Of a stretch of 64,000 bases of DNA, positions 34,850 through 47,769 are shown piece by piece; within the stretch, counting starts at the first letter, position 1, and each line of letters starts with the position of its first letter. The translations under genes and the position numbers were made by a program. The notes below the pieces were generated by a model, which was not told the DNA's origin, ran no database searches, and worked only from the letters and a program-made list of their open reading frames with translations. The DNA comes from Mizuhopecten yessoensis (Eukaryota), in NCBI RefSeq assembly GCF_002113885.1, contig NW_018403537.1:66025-130024 (forward strand). The letters run 5' to 3'.

Positions 34850-35925
34850 TTTTTCATAATGGTTGTACATCATTCGGTTTAATGGGATTGCAATGTTACT
34901 CTTCAAACGTAATCAATGATTGCGGTAAATATTCTTTAATGGACGAGTATGGCGAAGAAATTTTATCTTTTCCTATATCGGGATTTTATTCGAGGATAAT
35001 TTCAACAATGGCTAATTTGGGAAGGAAACTTGCAACACCTTCGCAAGTAAAATGTTTCAACTGTATAAAACCTGCATATGTGAAAAGTTTATTATATAAC
35101 GGTTTTCCATTTACAGCAACCATAGGATTACAAAAAAACAGGTTGATAATAGATATGTTGTACGTCATAATTAAATTTCACAGACTCGACATTCAGATCA
35201 TGCAGACAGATAAAACGTGGGTATATTCGCAAGCTGACGAAAACTATAATTACAATACAAACTCATAATACCTTTGTTCATGACGTTCATATTAGAAAAA
35301 AAAAATATTTACACGTATCCTTCCAAAGAGTATACGTACTTCCAATGTTATAAAATAACCTAAAAGCAAATTTAATTCTGAAAGCCTTTTGTTCTAAATC
35401 TATATCAGGAGTTTGCAATCCACCCTCACGATTTACTTCAATATTAGTTTTATATGACACCAGATGAGCTTTGTTACTCCATAAAAATCAATGCACTTAG
35501 ATTTTAGTTTATTTCTGGTAGCATCGGTTACCGCAAGCGCATACCAGCACTTAGATTAAAATAGAGACGATATACCGTACCATGAATTGTCAAATTCCTC
35601 TGAGACCATAATTTAACTCAACCTTATTATTACAATTAAGCTTATTACACAATGATTTATTCATTCCTAGATGTACTCCGAAAATATTAGAATCACTTCT
35701 TTTAACAATTTAAACTTTTTTACATTCAATTTCCGGTATTTCTGCATTACCAATACATAATAGTTCAGTCTTTAACTTTCGCGCCAGACGATCGGCTATA
35801 AATATCCAAACGTTAAACACTTCAGTCATGGATCGTTCATTAGTTAGTGTCAGAGTTGTATCATCTGCGTGCTGGGAGATCTTAGATACTTTATCCGACA
35901 TTAGATTTGATTTAAACATATTTTA
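34850..35925 (-). mobile_element. L1/Tx1-clade LINE RT and C-terminal fragment
   Basis: KISQHADDTTL (YADD-like), KTELLCIG, REGGLQTPDI, LFFCNPMV..KPLYNKLF..AG; frameshifted. Confidence 0.75.
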
Positions 35926-36108
35926 TTGCCTTTAAAGCAACAGGATTGGGCACAAGTTGTACAACTTATTTAAAGCCCTTTCCCTGAAATAAAACATCTG
36001 TATATGTATTTACAAAAAAAATTAGATATATATTTTTTCATAATGTGGACAATCTTTTCCGATACTGACGGCAGAAGTTGACACTATACACTTTCCTTAA
36101 CATTCTGC

Positions 36109-36308
36109 TTGTACTATTGTCCATCACTCCCGTGCCTTGTACTTTTGTCCATCGCTCCCGTTCCTTGTACTATTGTCCTTCACTCCCGTGCCTTGTACGA
36201 TTGTCCATCACTCCCGTTCCTTGTACTATTGTCCATCCCTCCCGTGCCTTGTACTATTTTCCTTTACTCCCGTGCCTTGTACGATTGTCCATCACTCCCG
36301 GGCCTTGG
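36109..36308. repeat. 28-bp minisatellite, ~7 copies
   Basis: Unit TTGTACTATTGTCCATCACTCCCGTGCC. Confidence 0.92.
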
Positions 36309-36456
36309 TTTGCTTCCTCCTTGTCATTCCGTTCGTCCTTGAATATCCGTTTCTCTTGTACCGTCAGCATCGGTACAAAAACATTTAAACCTATATACAA
36401 TCTGATTTTTAACTATAACAGAGAGAGATAGAAAGAAGAGAAGGGAGCGGGGTGGG

Positions 36457-38985
36457 TTAACATCTGTTAGAATCATGAATATATTGCTGAGTATGCATGA
36501 AGATTAATTTATTTTCCTGCTCAGACAAATTTGTATCTAAAAAAAGGAGTAGATTTACGGTGAGAGGAATATATGCATTAAGTTCACGGAAGAGGGTTAA
36601 TCCTTGTTCAGCATAAGTATTGCAGTTAAAAAGGAAATGATAGGTATCTTCATTAGGATAGCCACAGTGACAAGTTTTATCAGCGACAAGATTAGATATA
36701 AATAAGTGATTTCTCAATGTACTAGCTTGATTTCCTAAACTTTTATGCAAAATGTCATTTTTTCTTTTTCCATAGAAATAAAAGTTAGGTACCTGGGGTA
36801 AATCTGTGTAACGTGTGGAATTTTTAAAAGATGACAATGGTAAATCGTGCCTGACATCTAAGGGTAATAGATTCCACTGCCTTTTTGTAGAGGGAATAAC
36901 GATAGATTAGATGATTCTAGTCTGTTTTTGGGCAAATTATAGTTTGATTCTTTGCGAAAATAGTGCTGAGAATTATTAGCAACAACAGGAGGGAGTAGGG
37001 TGTTTATATAGTTAGGAGTAAAATTATTGTGTATCTTAAAGAACAATTGAAGTTTTCGACGAGAGCGTCGTTGGGATAAAGGTGCCCATCCCGTTTCATT
37101 ATAAAGAGATTGTCTGCTGGTATAAGAAGGTAAGAAAGCTGTAATTTTTCTAACCTGCATCAGCAGCGGAGTTCACAACAATATTCTAAAAACGGAAGAA
37201 TAAAGGATCTTATATGCTATTTGATGTACGTCTAGTAAGGATATATTTCAATTGACGAAGGACACCTAATTGTTTCGCTACAGTTTTACTAATATGTTCT
37301 ATGTGATAGCTCCACTTACACTTTGAGTCGATGAATACTCCTAGATGCTTATGGTAGTCTTCAAATTCAATACTTACATCATTAACATTTATTTCAATTA
37401 TCTGATCTAGGTCAGTGTAAGAAACAAGCATTGCCTCTGTTTTTTGCAGGATTGAACTTAACCAGCCACTTATGAGTCCACGATTGAAGATTCAAAAGAT
37501 CATTGTTAATATTCTGTTCAAGTACCTGTGGACATTTATCCGAGCACAGAAGAGAAGTATCACCCGCAAAAAGTTTCGATAGGCTCTCTATGTTGTCCGT
37601 TATATCATTAATATATATAATGAACAAGAGAGGTCCAAGAACCGAGCCCTGTGGCACCCCAGCGTTTGTAGATTTTACAATAGATTTGCTACATCCAAAA
37701 AATAATTGTTGTTTTCTACCAGATACATTATCCATGAACCAGTCCAATAACTTGTCGATATGCCATAACTAGCTAGTTTCACTTCCAACCCCTATGCCAC
37801 ACTCTATCGAATACTTTGGAAATATCAGAGAACTAGGCAGGTATATTATGTTTCCAGATTATCACATATTGTATGGTAATTTTTTATAAGCTGGTGAACA
37901 GTAGAATGACCTGGTTGGAAACCTGACTGGTAGTTATATGTAAGAGAATTGTCTAAAAGATATTAATGCAAATATTTAGCTACAGGTCGTTCGAAAACTT
38001 TGCCAATAGTACAGAGTAATGAAATGGGTATATAATTGGAAGGATCTTGCTTGTCTCCTTTTTATAGATTGGCATTACAAGTGCGTGTTTCCATTGTGCG
38101 AAAGATTAAAGATAGAGGATAAGCAACCGAATTAGCAGTGTTTTTAATCATAATGTGACTTATTGTATCATTCCCTACCACTTTTTAGGGTATTAAGTAT
38201 TTCAACGATGTCGTTTATATTTAAAGGTATTTCAGAAACTCTGGAGTCTGTTCTTGATTCTGCAATAGGTATGTCAGTGTCGGTATCGTCAATAGTGGAT
38301 ATGGAAACAAAGTAGTCATTTAGTATATTTGTCATAACGTTGTCATCCATTTCTATATTTCCAGCCGCATTCCTCAAAGGTGAAATAGAATTTGATGTGT
38401 CAGATGATTTTATTAGTCTGCCAACAAGTTTTCAAAAATGTTAAGGGTTCGTATCACTATAGTTATCTAAAAGGCCATTAATGTCCGCATAAAACGTTTC
38501 TTTCTTCCTTTTTTGAGGTTATTGACTGTATTTCGCTGTTTTCTAAAGTTATTTGAATTGTGAGGATTGCGACTGGATTAATATTTTTGAAGTAGCCGGT
38601 CCCTTTTCATAATTTCACGTGTTAAGTCAGAGTCCTACCACGGCTTGTCATTAGGTCTAATTGTTACTTAATTTGAGGGAATGCATTCTCGGACTATTTC
38701 TAAATATTTAGAAGTAAATTTATCGCACATATCGTCCGAGGTAGGGGTTATAGAAAAAAAGTTCATTCCAGTTAGTCGCATCTAGCATATTATTAAAAAG
38801 TTCAAAATCTGCGTCCTAATAACATGAAATTTTTCCGTTCATAACTCCTAATAATATTTGTCCCTATAGTCAGTTCTACAGATGTCGCTTGGTGGTCTGA
38901 AATATCGTGGTCTATGTCGATAGTGTCAGCTAAAGTGTGAATACACGTGTCCAATAGGAAAATAGGGTCAAGGAGGGTGCAGCGC
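36457..38985 (-). mobile_element. CR1-group LINE ORF2 (end of APE, RT, C-terminus), degenerate
   Basis: AGVPQGSVLGPLLFIIYINDI, LFAGDTSL, WLVKFNPAK, HKHLGV, CHCGYPNEDTYHFLFNC; many frameshifts. Confidence 0.92.
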
Positions 38986-39499
38986 GTGCGTCCAAATATT
39001 TAAAACACTAATAATCATAGTTCACATCAGTGATCCTTAATCAATTTCTAGAGAACTAAGAGTCCTGGAGCATTTATAATGATTATTTACAATGATATAT
39101 ATATACATTAATACTATAATCAAATAGGGCATGAAATCTTGATATTTTGAAAAAACGTGACACTTCAAAATCACAAATCATTCAATTTTGACCAAATGGA
39201 CCAGACACATTTCTTAAAAAAAATTATCTTTTATTTAATTTTTGATTATAATTGTTCAGTTTGGTTTACTATAACATAAAAAATGCAGAAAGAAAAAAAT
39301 GTTTATACATTTTGTTAAACTGGCATTTTAAGAAAACACACAAAAAACCAGGGGAGATAACTCTTTGTTTAAATCAATAAATATACCAATTTTCGACGCT
39401 AAACAAAGACATTAAAATAAAATTATCCTTTGCAATGTCACTGTAATATAAGTCTGTTGTTTTTTGTTCAATGCAACACCTTTTTTAATGGGATAATGT

Positions 39500-42400
39500 C
39501 ACAGAAGGGCTCATCTTCATCCGATGACCAAGTTATCCTTTTAATTCTGCCAATGGGCTAATCATATCAATGGTTTCCTCATCTGAAGAATTCCAGTCTG
39601 ATACATATGGGGCAGCACACTCATATCCAGTTATACGAGTTTGACAAGTCACTTACGCCAGAGGGATTTTTTAAAACCAATGTTATCAGAGCCCTTTTCT
39701 GGTCCTGCAAGTTTTTTTGATAAAGCCCTTTAAAACATCAGCCCGTAGAATCAATTTCGAGCCAGCAGTACACAGGGATCTCCACAAAGTATATTGTTTA
39801 AGGACTTGGGTTGTTGTTAGCACTTTAATGTCTTAACAACTTCGGCAGAGTTCTTTCTTGGCTCGTTTTAAATTTTCCATTAGCCGTTTCTTTTTTCTTC
39901 CCCGATTTTTCCCACGCTTCAAAATCAGAGCTTTTAATCTTTTTCTCTTTGCACTTTTAATCGCAGTATCACACACCTTTTCTTTTGATATAGTGTTACT
40001 ATTGTCTTCAACCCATTTCACTAGCTTGACTCTCTTCGCAGCTATAAGGCTCCCAACATTCAGAGGATTGGAGGATGGTGCAATCATCATCTGTCTGGAA
40101 TTATAACATAATTGATAATAAAGCATTGTATCTAATATTAAGATCTAGACTTTAGTATGGATTTGTATACTTGTGAATGTTGCATGTATTTATTCTATAT
40201 GGATTGTGCCAACAACGGTTGCATGACCGGTTTATAAATAAATAAACTACCTATTTGGTGATTTTATAATTACCTGTCAAGCATTCCAATAGTACTTTCG
40301 ATCACATCGTTGGTCGCATCCCCAATGGTGTTCCCGGCCTCAATGGCTTGTGATGCTGGTACTGCATAAACACCACCAGCAAGATGCTCCTCTGTATGAC
40401 TATGGAGTTTCTCTCGTCCAGCGTGCAACATTTCTGCACATTTTAAAGTTGATTAATTTCAGACAACTTTTGATAACAGTATATTTATATACATTGTTCC
40501 AGTCTACCCCGTTGTAAAAATGGGTACCAGCTTGATGGGAAGTAATCTTTTGAAAGCCTGTTTTTTTTTCTTTTTTTTTCTACTTTTACTTTAACACTGA
40601 TATGTGTATATGTATAATAATGTTCTCTAATACACTTTTACTCACCTTTGATCAGAGAGTTCAGAGGATCGCTACTGAAGAATTTGACTCCGATATGTTA
40701 CATGTATGCATCATACATTGATGGACCTTTTGCTCCTTCCCACATGAAATCTGTCCCAGCAATCAAACTAGAAGGGTTTCGGCTCCAATTATCTTGTTTG
40801 TTGATAGCACTTTGGTAGAAAAAAAACCCATGTCTAATGGAGATTTCGCTGATTTTGCTTGTTGTAGCAAAGGAGAACACACTCAAAAATATAAAATGGC
40901 GAATGCTGTCTCTTCAGTATGTACTGTATCATTTATGTAGCCAGAGTGAACAGAATCTCTCGCTGCATAAAGATGAGATACCTATTTCCGACAATTGGTT
41001 TAAACAAATTCGATCCAGTATCTGTTTCATTACACAGAGAATAGGCTTTGAAGTCGTTTCATAGCCCATATTCTTTCCTTGCATTTTCACAAAGTAATTT
41101 GTTGCACTCATAAATATGTTTTTTGGCCCCAACCATGGCACGGCCAGCTGGTTGGTGATCAGCATAGAGATATGCAGCACTTTTGGTTGTCATCGCAACA
41201 GCCATGTTGTTAATCTTGTGTGCTGCACATGTAAAGGGGGAAAACACACACATGTCCTTTTTTTCCAATGTTGTCATTAAACCAGCCTTGATTCTGTCTT
41301 CCAGTATCATGTCACGTTTCTCCTGAATAAAACGAGTCACCTTTTTCTCATTAGCAGCCCGGTCAATGGATATTTTGATGTGTTCAGGTTTACTTGGTCA
41401 CCTGATTTTTAATCAATATAGTGGAAACCAATACATATAAGCAAGAGAACCTGATTTTTTTTCATATTGATCATAATAAAAAAAGTTATTTACTCAGCTG
41501 ATGTTACTTAAACGGTAAATCTTTAGTGTCAAATTTATATCTCACATGCATTTTATGTGATACATATGAAAAAAAGATTGACACAGTTATTTTTCAGAAG
41601 GTGAGCTGATGCTGTTAGAGCTAGTGACCACTTGGTCTCTGGGATTCCTGTAGACCCTCTGGGCGGAGTGAAGGGAGGACGTCATAAATGTGAGCGCGTG
41701 ATTTAAGGAGGATCTTTCTGTAGTCCCTACTGCGTTTAATGAAGATCCGGCCATCGCTGGACCAAAACGACTGGATATCTCCTGAAGATTTAGCGGCAGA
41801 AAGGTCCTTCATAATTCCCTGGCGGACGCGCGTGAGATCTTCTGTGATAAACAGACGGTCGGGGTTACCCTTGAGATGCCTCTTACTTCTAAGTTAAACG
41901 TGCAAATAACATGGTACTTATTGTCTCTCGGGGTACCAATTATGTGAGATCTGAATATGTCGTCCTCGACTATGTTGATTTTGAGGTGGTTCCTGCAGAT
42001 GCTAACAATGGCTGGATCAGTGTTATTAACAGGATCCCCTCTGAGGTGGACATAATGAAATCGGAGGACTTCCTCCTTCCATACTGTTCTAGCTCCTCGA
42101 TCTGACCCTCGAGGTTACCCACTACAAAAAAAAACACCGATCGCTAAGTGTGTCGTTGGTCTTCTGAAGGTTTTCAATATGTCCCCTTTGCTGATCTATA
42201 ATTTGTTTGAGGGGGGCTACTATCTCTGACAAAATGTCATGAATGGATTCCTGTAGTAGGGGGAGCAGGGCCTTAGCTAAATCAGGTGCTAGGACCGGAG
42301 CCACAGACTCCACAAAGTCAGGATTTACGAGCGTGTACCTAACTAAGGCGTACGTGCAAGTCGACATGTTTGCCCTTACCCGGCTTGAGTTGGAAGGTGG

Positions 42401-44010
42401 ACCAGGACGGGTCGTCCATATCAGACGTGGAGTTACGTCGTCTGTGAGTCGGGGGCTCGGGGCTGGGGTATTACTATCTGGTTGGTTTCGTTTTTGACGA
42501 GGAGTCTCTTGAGTTAATCTAGAGGAGGTGGACATGATTGGTTGTAAACACTTAAAGTAGCCTTTCCACCTAAGTTTGAAAACAATTGAAATGACTAATG
42601 ACAGTTGTTGTTACACAATAGTATATACCTTCAAATCAATTATGTAAGAAGGTTTTTCATTGGCTGTTTTTATTTCAGTGATTTAACATGATTATAATTT
42701 GTCAACATTGACAAATATTGTGATAAAAGGAAGATAACTCATTGTCACAATTTAATAATATTTAAGTAATAGAATTCAGAAGGGGCATAACTCTTACACA
42801 ATTTACCTCAGTGCACTGACTATAGTCTTTTCCGGAAATTGTGGCAGGGTATTCTATGATGTGTCTGTAAAAAGCAAATAAATAACATTTAAACTAAATT
42901 TATCTAGTTTTAACAACATCATATGTTACAAGGATATGATTACTGACAATGCATTACTAACAATTAATAACATTAATTAAATTTGCGCGCGTTTCGGAGA
43001 ATAGCGCGTAATATTTGTCCTATAGGTACGTGAAGATCGTATTAGGGCGAGTAATTCGTGCGATTTGGTATTGACCAATGAGGTTGAAGCATGTGTGTAG
43101 GGTAGGATACGGGTGGTTGTTATTGTGTCATTCTAGCTTCGGGCGTAGACGGAACGTACAAGTTGTAAATCTAAATTGAATTTAAATATATTTCATATAG
43201 AATGTTATGTACATGAATTCATTGAGAATATATGGGAATCGTATGTATGTTTAATGTATAGAAACCCCAGCAAAACAAAAAACAAAAACCTGAAGCATAG
43301 ACGGGCTGGTACATCTCCTGCTTCCTAAAAGGATTCGCAATGAGAAGGAGAGATTGTGGGTTGTGGAGTGAATTTGTCAAAATTGTATGGAAAAGTCTTT
43401 ATCGCATCAAATGCAATTATAATAAATGCCTGTTCTGTCGTTCCATCGGCCGAGTAGCTACCTGCATATATGATGGTTGTTATTTGTTTGTTTAATACGA
43501 GATGGAGTATATAGAGGACAATGATGTTTTACCTTGAAATTTTAAAAAACCAACATCTAAATCTGCTTTCACTTCTTCCAGGGTTAGGTCGTACAACTCT
43601 TTATCTTTTTTAGCATGAATGTCCTCATCCAAATCCCAGTACTGTACCTAAAATATGTATAAAATATGATATATATAAATATCTGTACAGTAAAGAATAT
43701 GAAAATTTGATTTACAAATCCGTTTGTTATATACATTACTAATCGCATTTGCTAAATAGTAATTAAAAACACATAACATTGTATGTCAATAATAATTTAT
43801 AGCAAATAACAAAAAATGGGGTAACAAATATTACTATTATATGGCATCAATACAGTAAATCTTACATTATCATAATCGATACATGTGAAGCAGACTTAAT
43901 TTTTCTTTTCCATTGAAGTATTTTGCCACAACCACATTACAATACCGCCATTCAACCGTATTACTGGGATTTGGTTGGTTCCTTTTTTTAATTCATGGAT
44001 AACAAGAAAG
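39500..44010 (-). pseudogene. Multi-exon CxxH-type DDE transposase pseudogene
   Basis: DRAANEKK (~41345-41365), FTCAAH (~41220), IVGNRYLIF (~40985), HLAGG and TNDVIESTIGMLD (~40275-40390); splice donors at ~40646 and ~40273; candidate upstream exons 43270-43465, 43533-43628 and 43866-44010 are tentatively assigned. Confidence 0.65.
41595..42550 (-). mobile_element. LINE ORF1 (CR1/L2-type) fragment inserted in a transposase intron
   Basis: Coiled coil, then LEQYGRRK, FITEDLTRVRQGIMKDL..FWSSDGRIFIK. Confidence 0.75.
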
Positions 44011-44120
44011 TGACATGCAGATCATGAGTGCAGATGAGATTTTAATGTCAGCTCTTATTTGTAATTTTGCTCACTTGGTACAAATGTTCATTATGCGGTC
44101 ATTCACAATTGTTCTTATTT

Positions 44121-45078
44121 TTAGGTCACCTGCCCGAGGGGCAAGTGAGCTTATGCCATGGTGCAGCGTCCGTCGTCCGTCCGTTGTCCGCGTCAACGTT
44201 TCCTTTCAAACGCTACCAGTTCTGGACGACTTAGTGCATTTTAACTAAATTTGGTCTGGAGCATCCTTGGGCCAAGGGGACTCAATTAAGCATTGAACTA
44301 GTTTCAGTTGGCGTTCATAGGCAATATGATGCCAACTGGACAAAGGCAAATTCAATAAAGCGCGCTAGCGCTTCATGTTGGATTTGCTTCCGTCCAGTTG
44401 GAATTCAGTTTGCCTATGAATGCCAACTGAAACCAGTTGAATACTTATATTTATCATTTTTGGAAACTGTTAATGTTCTAAAAAAAATCAATTACCCTTA
44501 TTATTTTTCAGCATTTGGTTAAAAAAGTGAATGTATCGTGTATGCTTGTTCAATGAATAGAACACCCATTGCCCGGGGTTTGTCAGTGGTATCCAACGTA
44601 ACATAATGATGAATTCAACAATCGGTCCATGGCATTAATAGCTATATGAATGCCAACTGAATTTGGTAGAGTTATACAGTGGCAATGCCATACAATGGTA
44701 AATATTTTTGTATAAACGGTTGGTTTGGACCCCAAGGGAGCAGAGGGGCGTGGCCCAATAGGGGAAATACAGGTAAAACATTTAAAAACCTTCTACCGTA
44801 GGGATAAAGGGGTTGTATCCTTATTTAGTATGTAGCATCCTTAGGCCAAGGGGACTCAATTTTGTATAAACGGTGGGTGTGGCCCACTGGGGGCTTAGGG
44901 GTGGGGCTCTGTTTGAAGGTTCTTCTCGCTCTCGCTTTATCTCCAGAAGTAGTTGATGGATCTTTGTGAAATTTCATATGTACTTAGAGTACCTACCATG
45001 GAATATTATATCTTTACTTCATATCAATGATTTAAAACATACCCAGGTGAGCGATACAGGCCCTCTGGGCCTCTTGTT
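44121..45078 (+). mobile_element. HINE (Helentron-associated, pearl/CvA-like)
   Basis: TT site; subterminal inverted repeat GGTCACCTG/CAGGTGAGC; (GTCC)n; internal tandem units; 3' hairpin AGGCCCTCTGGGCCT. Confidence 0.85.
44287..44706. mobile_element. Hairpin-ended element nested in the HINE
   Basis: Hairpin 44287-44447; interrupts GGGACTCAATT|TTGTATAAACGG, which is intact at 44851-44873. Confidence 0.8.
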
Positions 45079-45084
45079 CAGGTT

Positions 45085-47520
45085 AATAAAAAAAATTCAA
45101 TGACTACTGTGGCTTCTGATTTTTTCTGATCCTGAACACTTTTGTTGGAACCACAAAGACGAATTCTCGCCAGCAGATTTGCACGTAACTGGGCAACATC
45201 ATGTGACTTGCCTTGGCTACTAAATAGTAACAAGTGTTTGTGGTGTGCATCAAATATGAAATAACTTCTTACACATATTAAGCTGGCGTTTCGAGGCAGT
45301 TAGTTTGTCTTTCTTTGTTTTATGTTTGCTCAATTCTGTTTCCAATTTGGCGTTAGTGTTCCAAAGTCCATATATTTGGTAATTTTTCATGCTTTTTAGT
45401 ATTTAGTTTTTCCCGTCTATTACTAACAATTGTTTGTCGCTGTCGAATAATTTCAAGATGGTCATTGTACAGGTTTCTTTTCGAGATCTGACCTCATCCA
45501 TAAATGGTCGCTTACGTTTACGGGCTTCCTGAATGTTTTCTTGTTTTCTGGTATCTGTTTTCCCATAAAGCCACTCTGCTGTGCTGTCGTGTTGGAATTT
45601 TACCTTACATTAATCGAGTTTGTGGTGTAGGTTGGTGCAGTAACAAGACTGTTATCCCACTTAGCCATTAGTCTTTCCACAGAGATGTTGTGAGATGGAC
45701 AAGATTGTGCCTGTTTGTACAGTTCTTCATCGGATTTTCCCTTGGGTAAAAAATCTTGGAACAGGTGTTGGCATTTACTCTTCAGAGCAACACAAAACCG
45801 TTGTAAAATTTGTACTGTTAATTCATCTAACCTAGATGGTAAAAGTAGATACTTAAGTATGTCGTTGCTTGGCAACTCTTCAGGACCAATAACAGGTTTA
45901 TGTGGTGTTTACCGAGCAAATCATTGGGGTTCGCAATGCCACGATCTAAAAGGTCGATCAGTTGATTGTAAATTGGACACATTTCCAATGCCGTGTGCAC
46001 TTTATCACCTGCAAGGTTCCAGTATGGCTCAGTAAAATGTTTACACAGTAAACCAAGAGCCTTAAGAATGGACAGAATGGTATCATCTGAAAGTGCGTTG
46101 AGAATGAAATCCTGAATGAAGTTCAGGGATGACTTTGATGAACTTAAATATGTTATGATATAATCTTTTAAATGAAATGTTCCAACAGCATTAAAAACAG
46201 GTAATTGTAGCGATTACCACGTATGCTTCATAATGGGAATTTTGGAAATGTTATGACTTCTGAGTTAAGCTGCAGCAAGATTGGGGTCACCTCTGCCATC
46301 ATTGTAAAATAATTAAGAAACACGTTTCAAAAGCTGAAATGTCATTGACTCACGAGTTTCTGTTTTATATAGTTTCACAGGAAACTCTATTTTTACATTT
46401 CAAATTTCCATATTTCTTTACAGTATATGTCGCTAAACTGTAGCAATGGATGCCCAGCACATTTAAAAGAATTGGTCTGTGTAGAAATATGCCCAGATAA
46501 AGGGCATTTGCCTTGTGTTCTGTGGCACTTCTGTCTGTCATATAATTTGAAACATTTGATAGTAGTTCACCACTTTTACCACCATTAATGTCGTCCAAAA
46601 TTTGTTGGGTAGAATGAACATATGTTTCTGCCTTACCGTTCGCAACTTCTCTTAGACCCGCAGTCAGTGTCACCATCAGAACACTGAACTCTAACAAAGA
46701 GTCCCCCCTTTTTAGTGGTGGCATCACGATGTAGCGTTATGTTCTCCTTGTTGGCCAAAGCCTCATTGAGGTGTTGCTTTGCAACAATACCTAATTCTGT
46801 TGTGAGATTTGCTGCCGTCGACTTACTTGGTAAATCACTACATGATATGGTGGAATCTACTAGGCTTAAAACCGATTTGATGATCGCTCTAATCCAATGT
46901 TCCTACTTCTGAAGCAATAATAGACTTCACGTAGTTTTTCTGAATAAGGCTTGCCTTGCGAATAAGAGCGCAATTGTAATAGAGCATTGTTAGAAGTTCT
47001 TCCACTTTGTCACTTGCTGAACCTGAGAGAAGGTATCCTGTAATTCAAGCTTCAGATTGTATATAATTGCCTTTACATGAGTTGCATTGTACGCCTTTGT
47101 GGTCAAATGTTTTGTTGCAGGCTTGAGTGCTTTTTAAATGTTTAAATGTTTGATATGTTTACGCAACAATTTTATTGTGCTTTGTTGCCGTTTGATTGAT
47201 TGTTTTAATCTACTTGTATTTATTGCATTTTGCCTGTTGTTTTGCTTTAAGATCTTTTTGGCGATACTTTTTTTTGGAAGTGCTAATGATATTGCCAATG
47301 TAAATTCCCTTCTGTAATAGTGTTTTAATAAAGTCTTGTTTGAATTCTATTTTAGTCTTCTCACTTCATTTACAACTCTTTTGGTCTTTGCATGTAGACT
47401 TACTTTATTCACATCCGTTGGAATTAGACCACACAGCGGACATACATTTGTTTGCAAAACATACACATTCCCATGAACCCGTTGGAAAAGTTCCAATATA
47501 CTTTGATTGGCAATGACATA
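45085..47520 (-). pseudogene. CxxH-type DDE transposase pseudogene
   Basis: LPSKSTAANLTTELG, TLHRDATTKKG (D1), GLREVANGKAE, YMTDRSATEHKAN (D2), FKCAGHPLLQF (CxxH), IRGNRY, LKALGLLCKHFTEPYW, FLPKG, PSHNISVERLMA (E); frameshifts. Confidence 0.8.
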
Positions 47521-47769
47521 ACATATTTCATATTTACCAGCAAACAAAATGCTGCATATAAATGACAAAATACACAATTACCGTTTTCTTTGTTATTTCA
47601 GCAATAAACTGTTACCATATATGGAAGTGAAGGAAATGTACTAATACATTTCATAATAACCTTCCGACAACACTGAAAGACATAAAATGATTTTGACTTT
47701 CCAAATGTTTTGGTTATTTTTATTGTTACCTGAATTGTTGTTATTATTGGTCGCATACTATTGTGTGAC

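Noticed and set aside
34612-35268. 218-aa plus-strand ORF, one of the longest in the track
   Set aside because: Antisense shadow of the minus-strand Tx1 LINE C-terminal region; no recognisable motifs
36078-36431. Overlapping Cys/Pro-rich ORFs in three frames
   Set aside because: Product of a stop-free 28-bp tandem repeat
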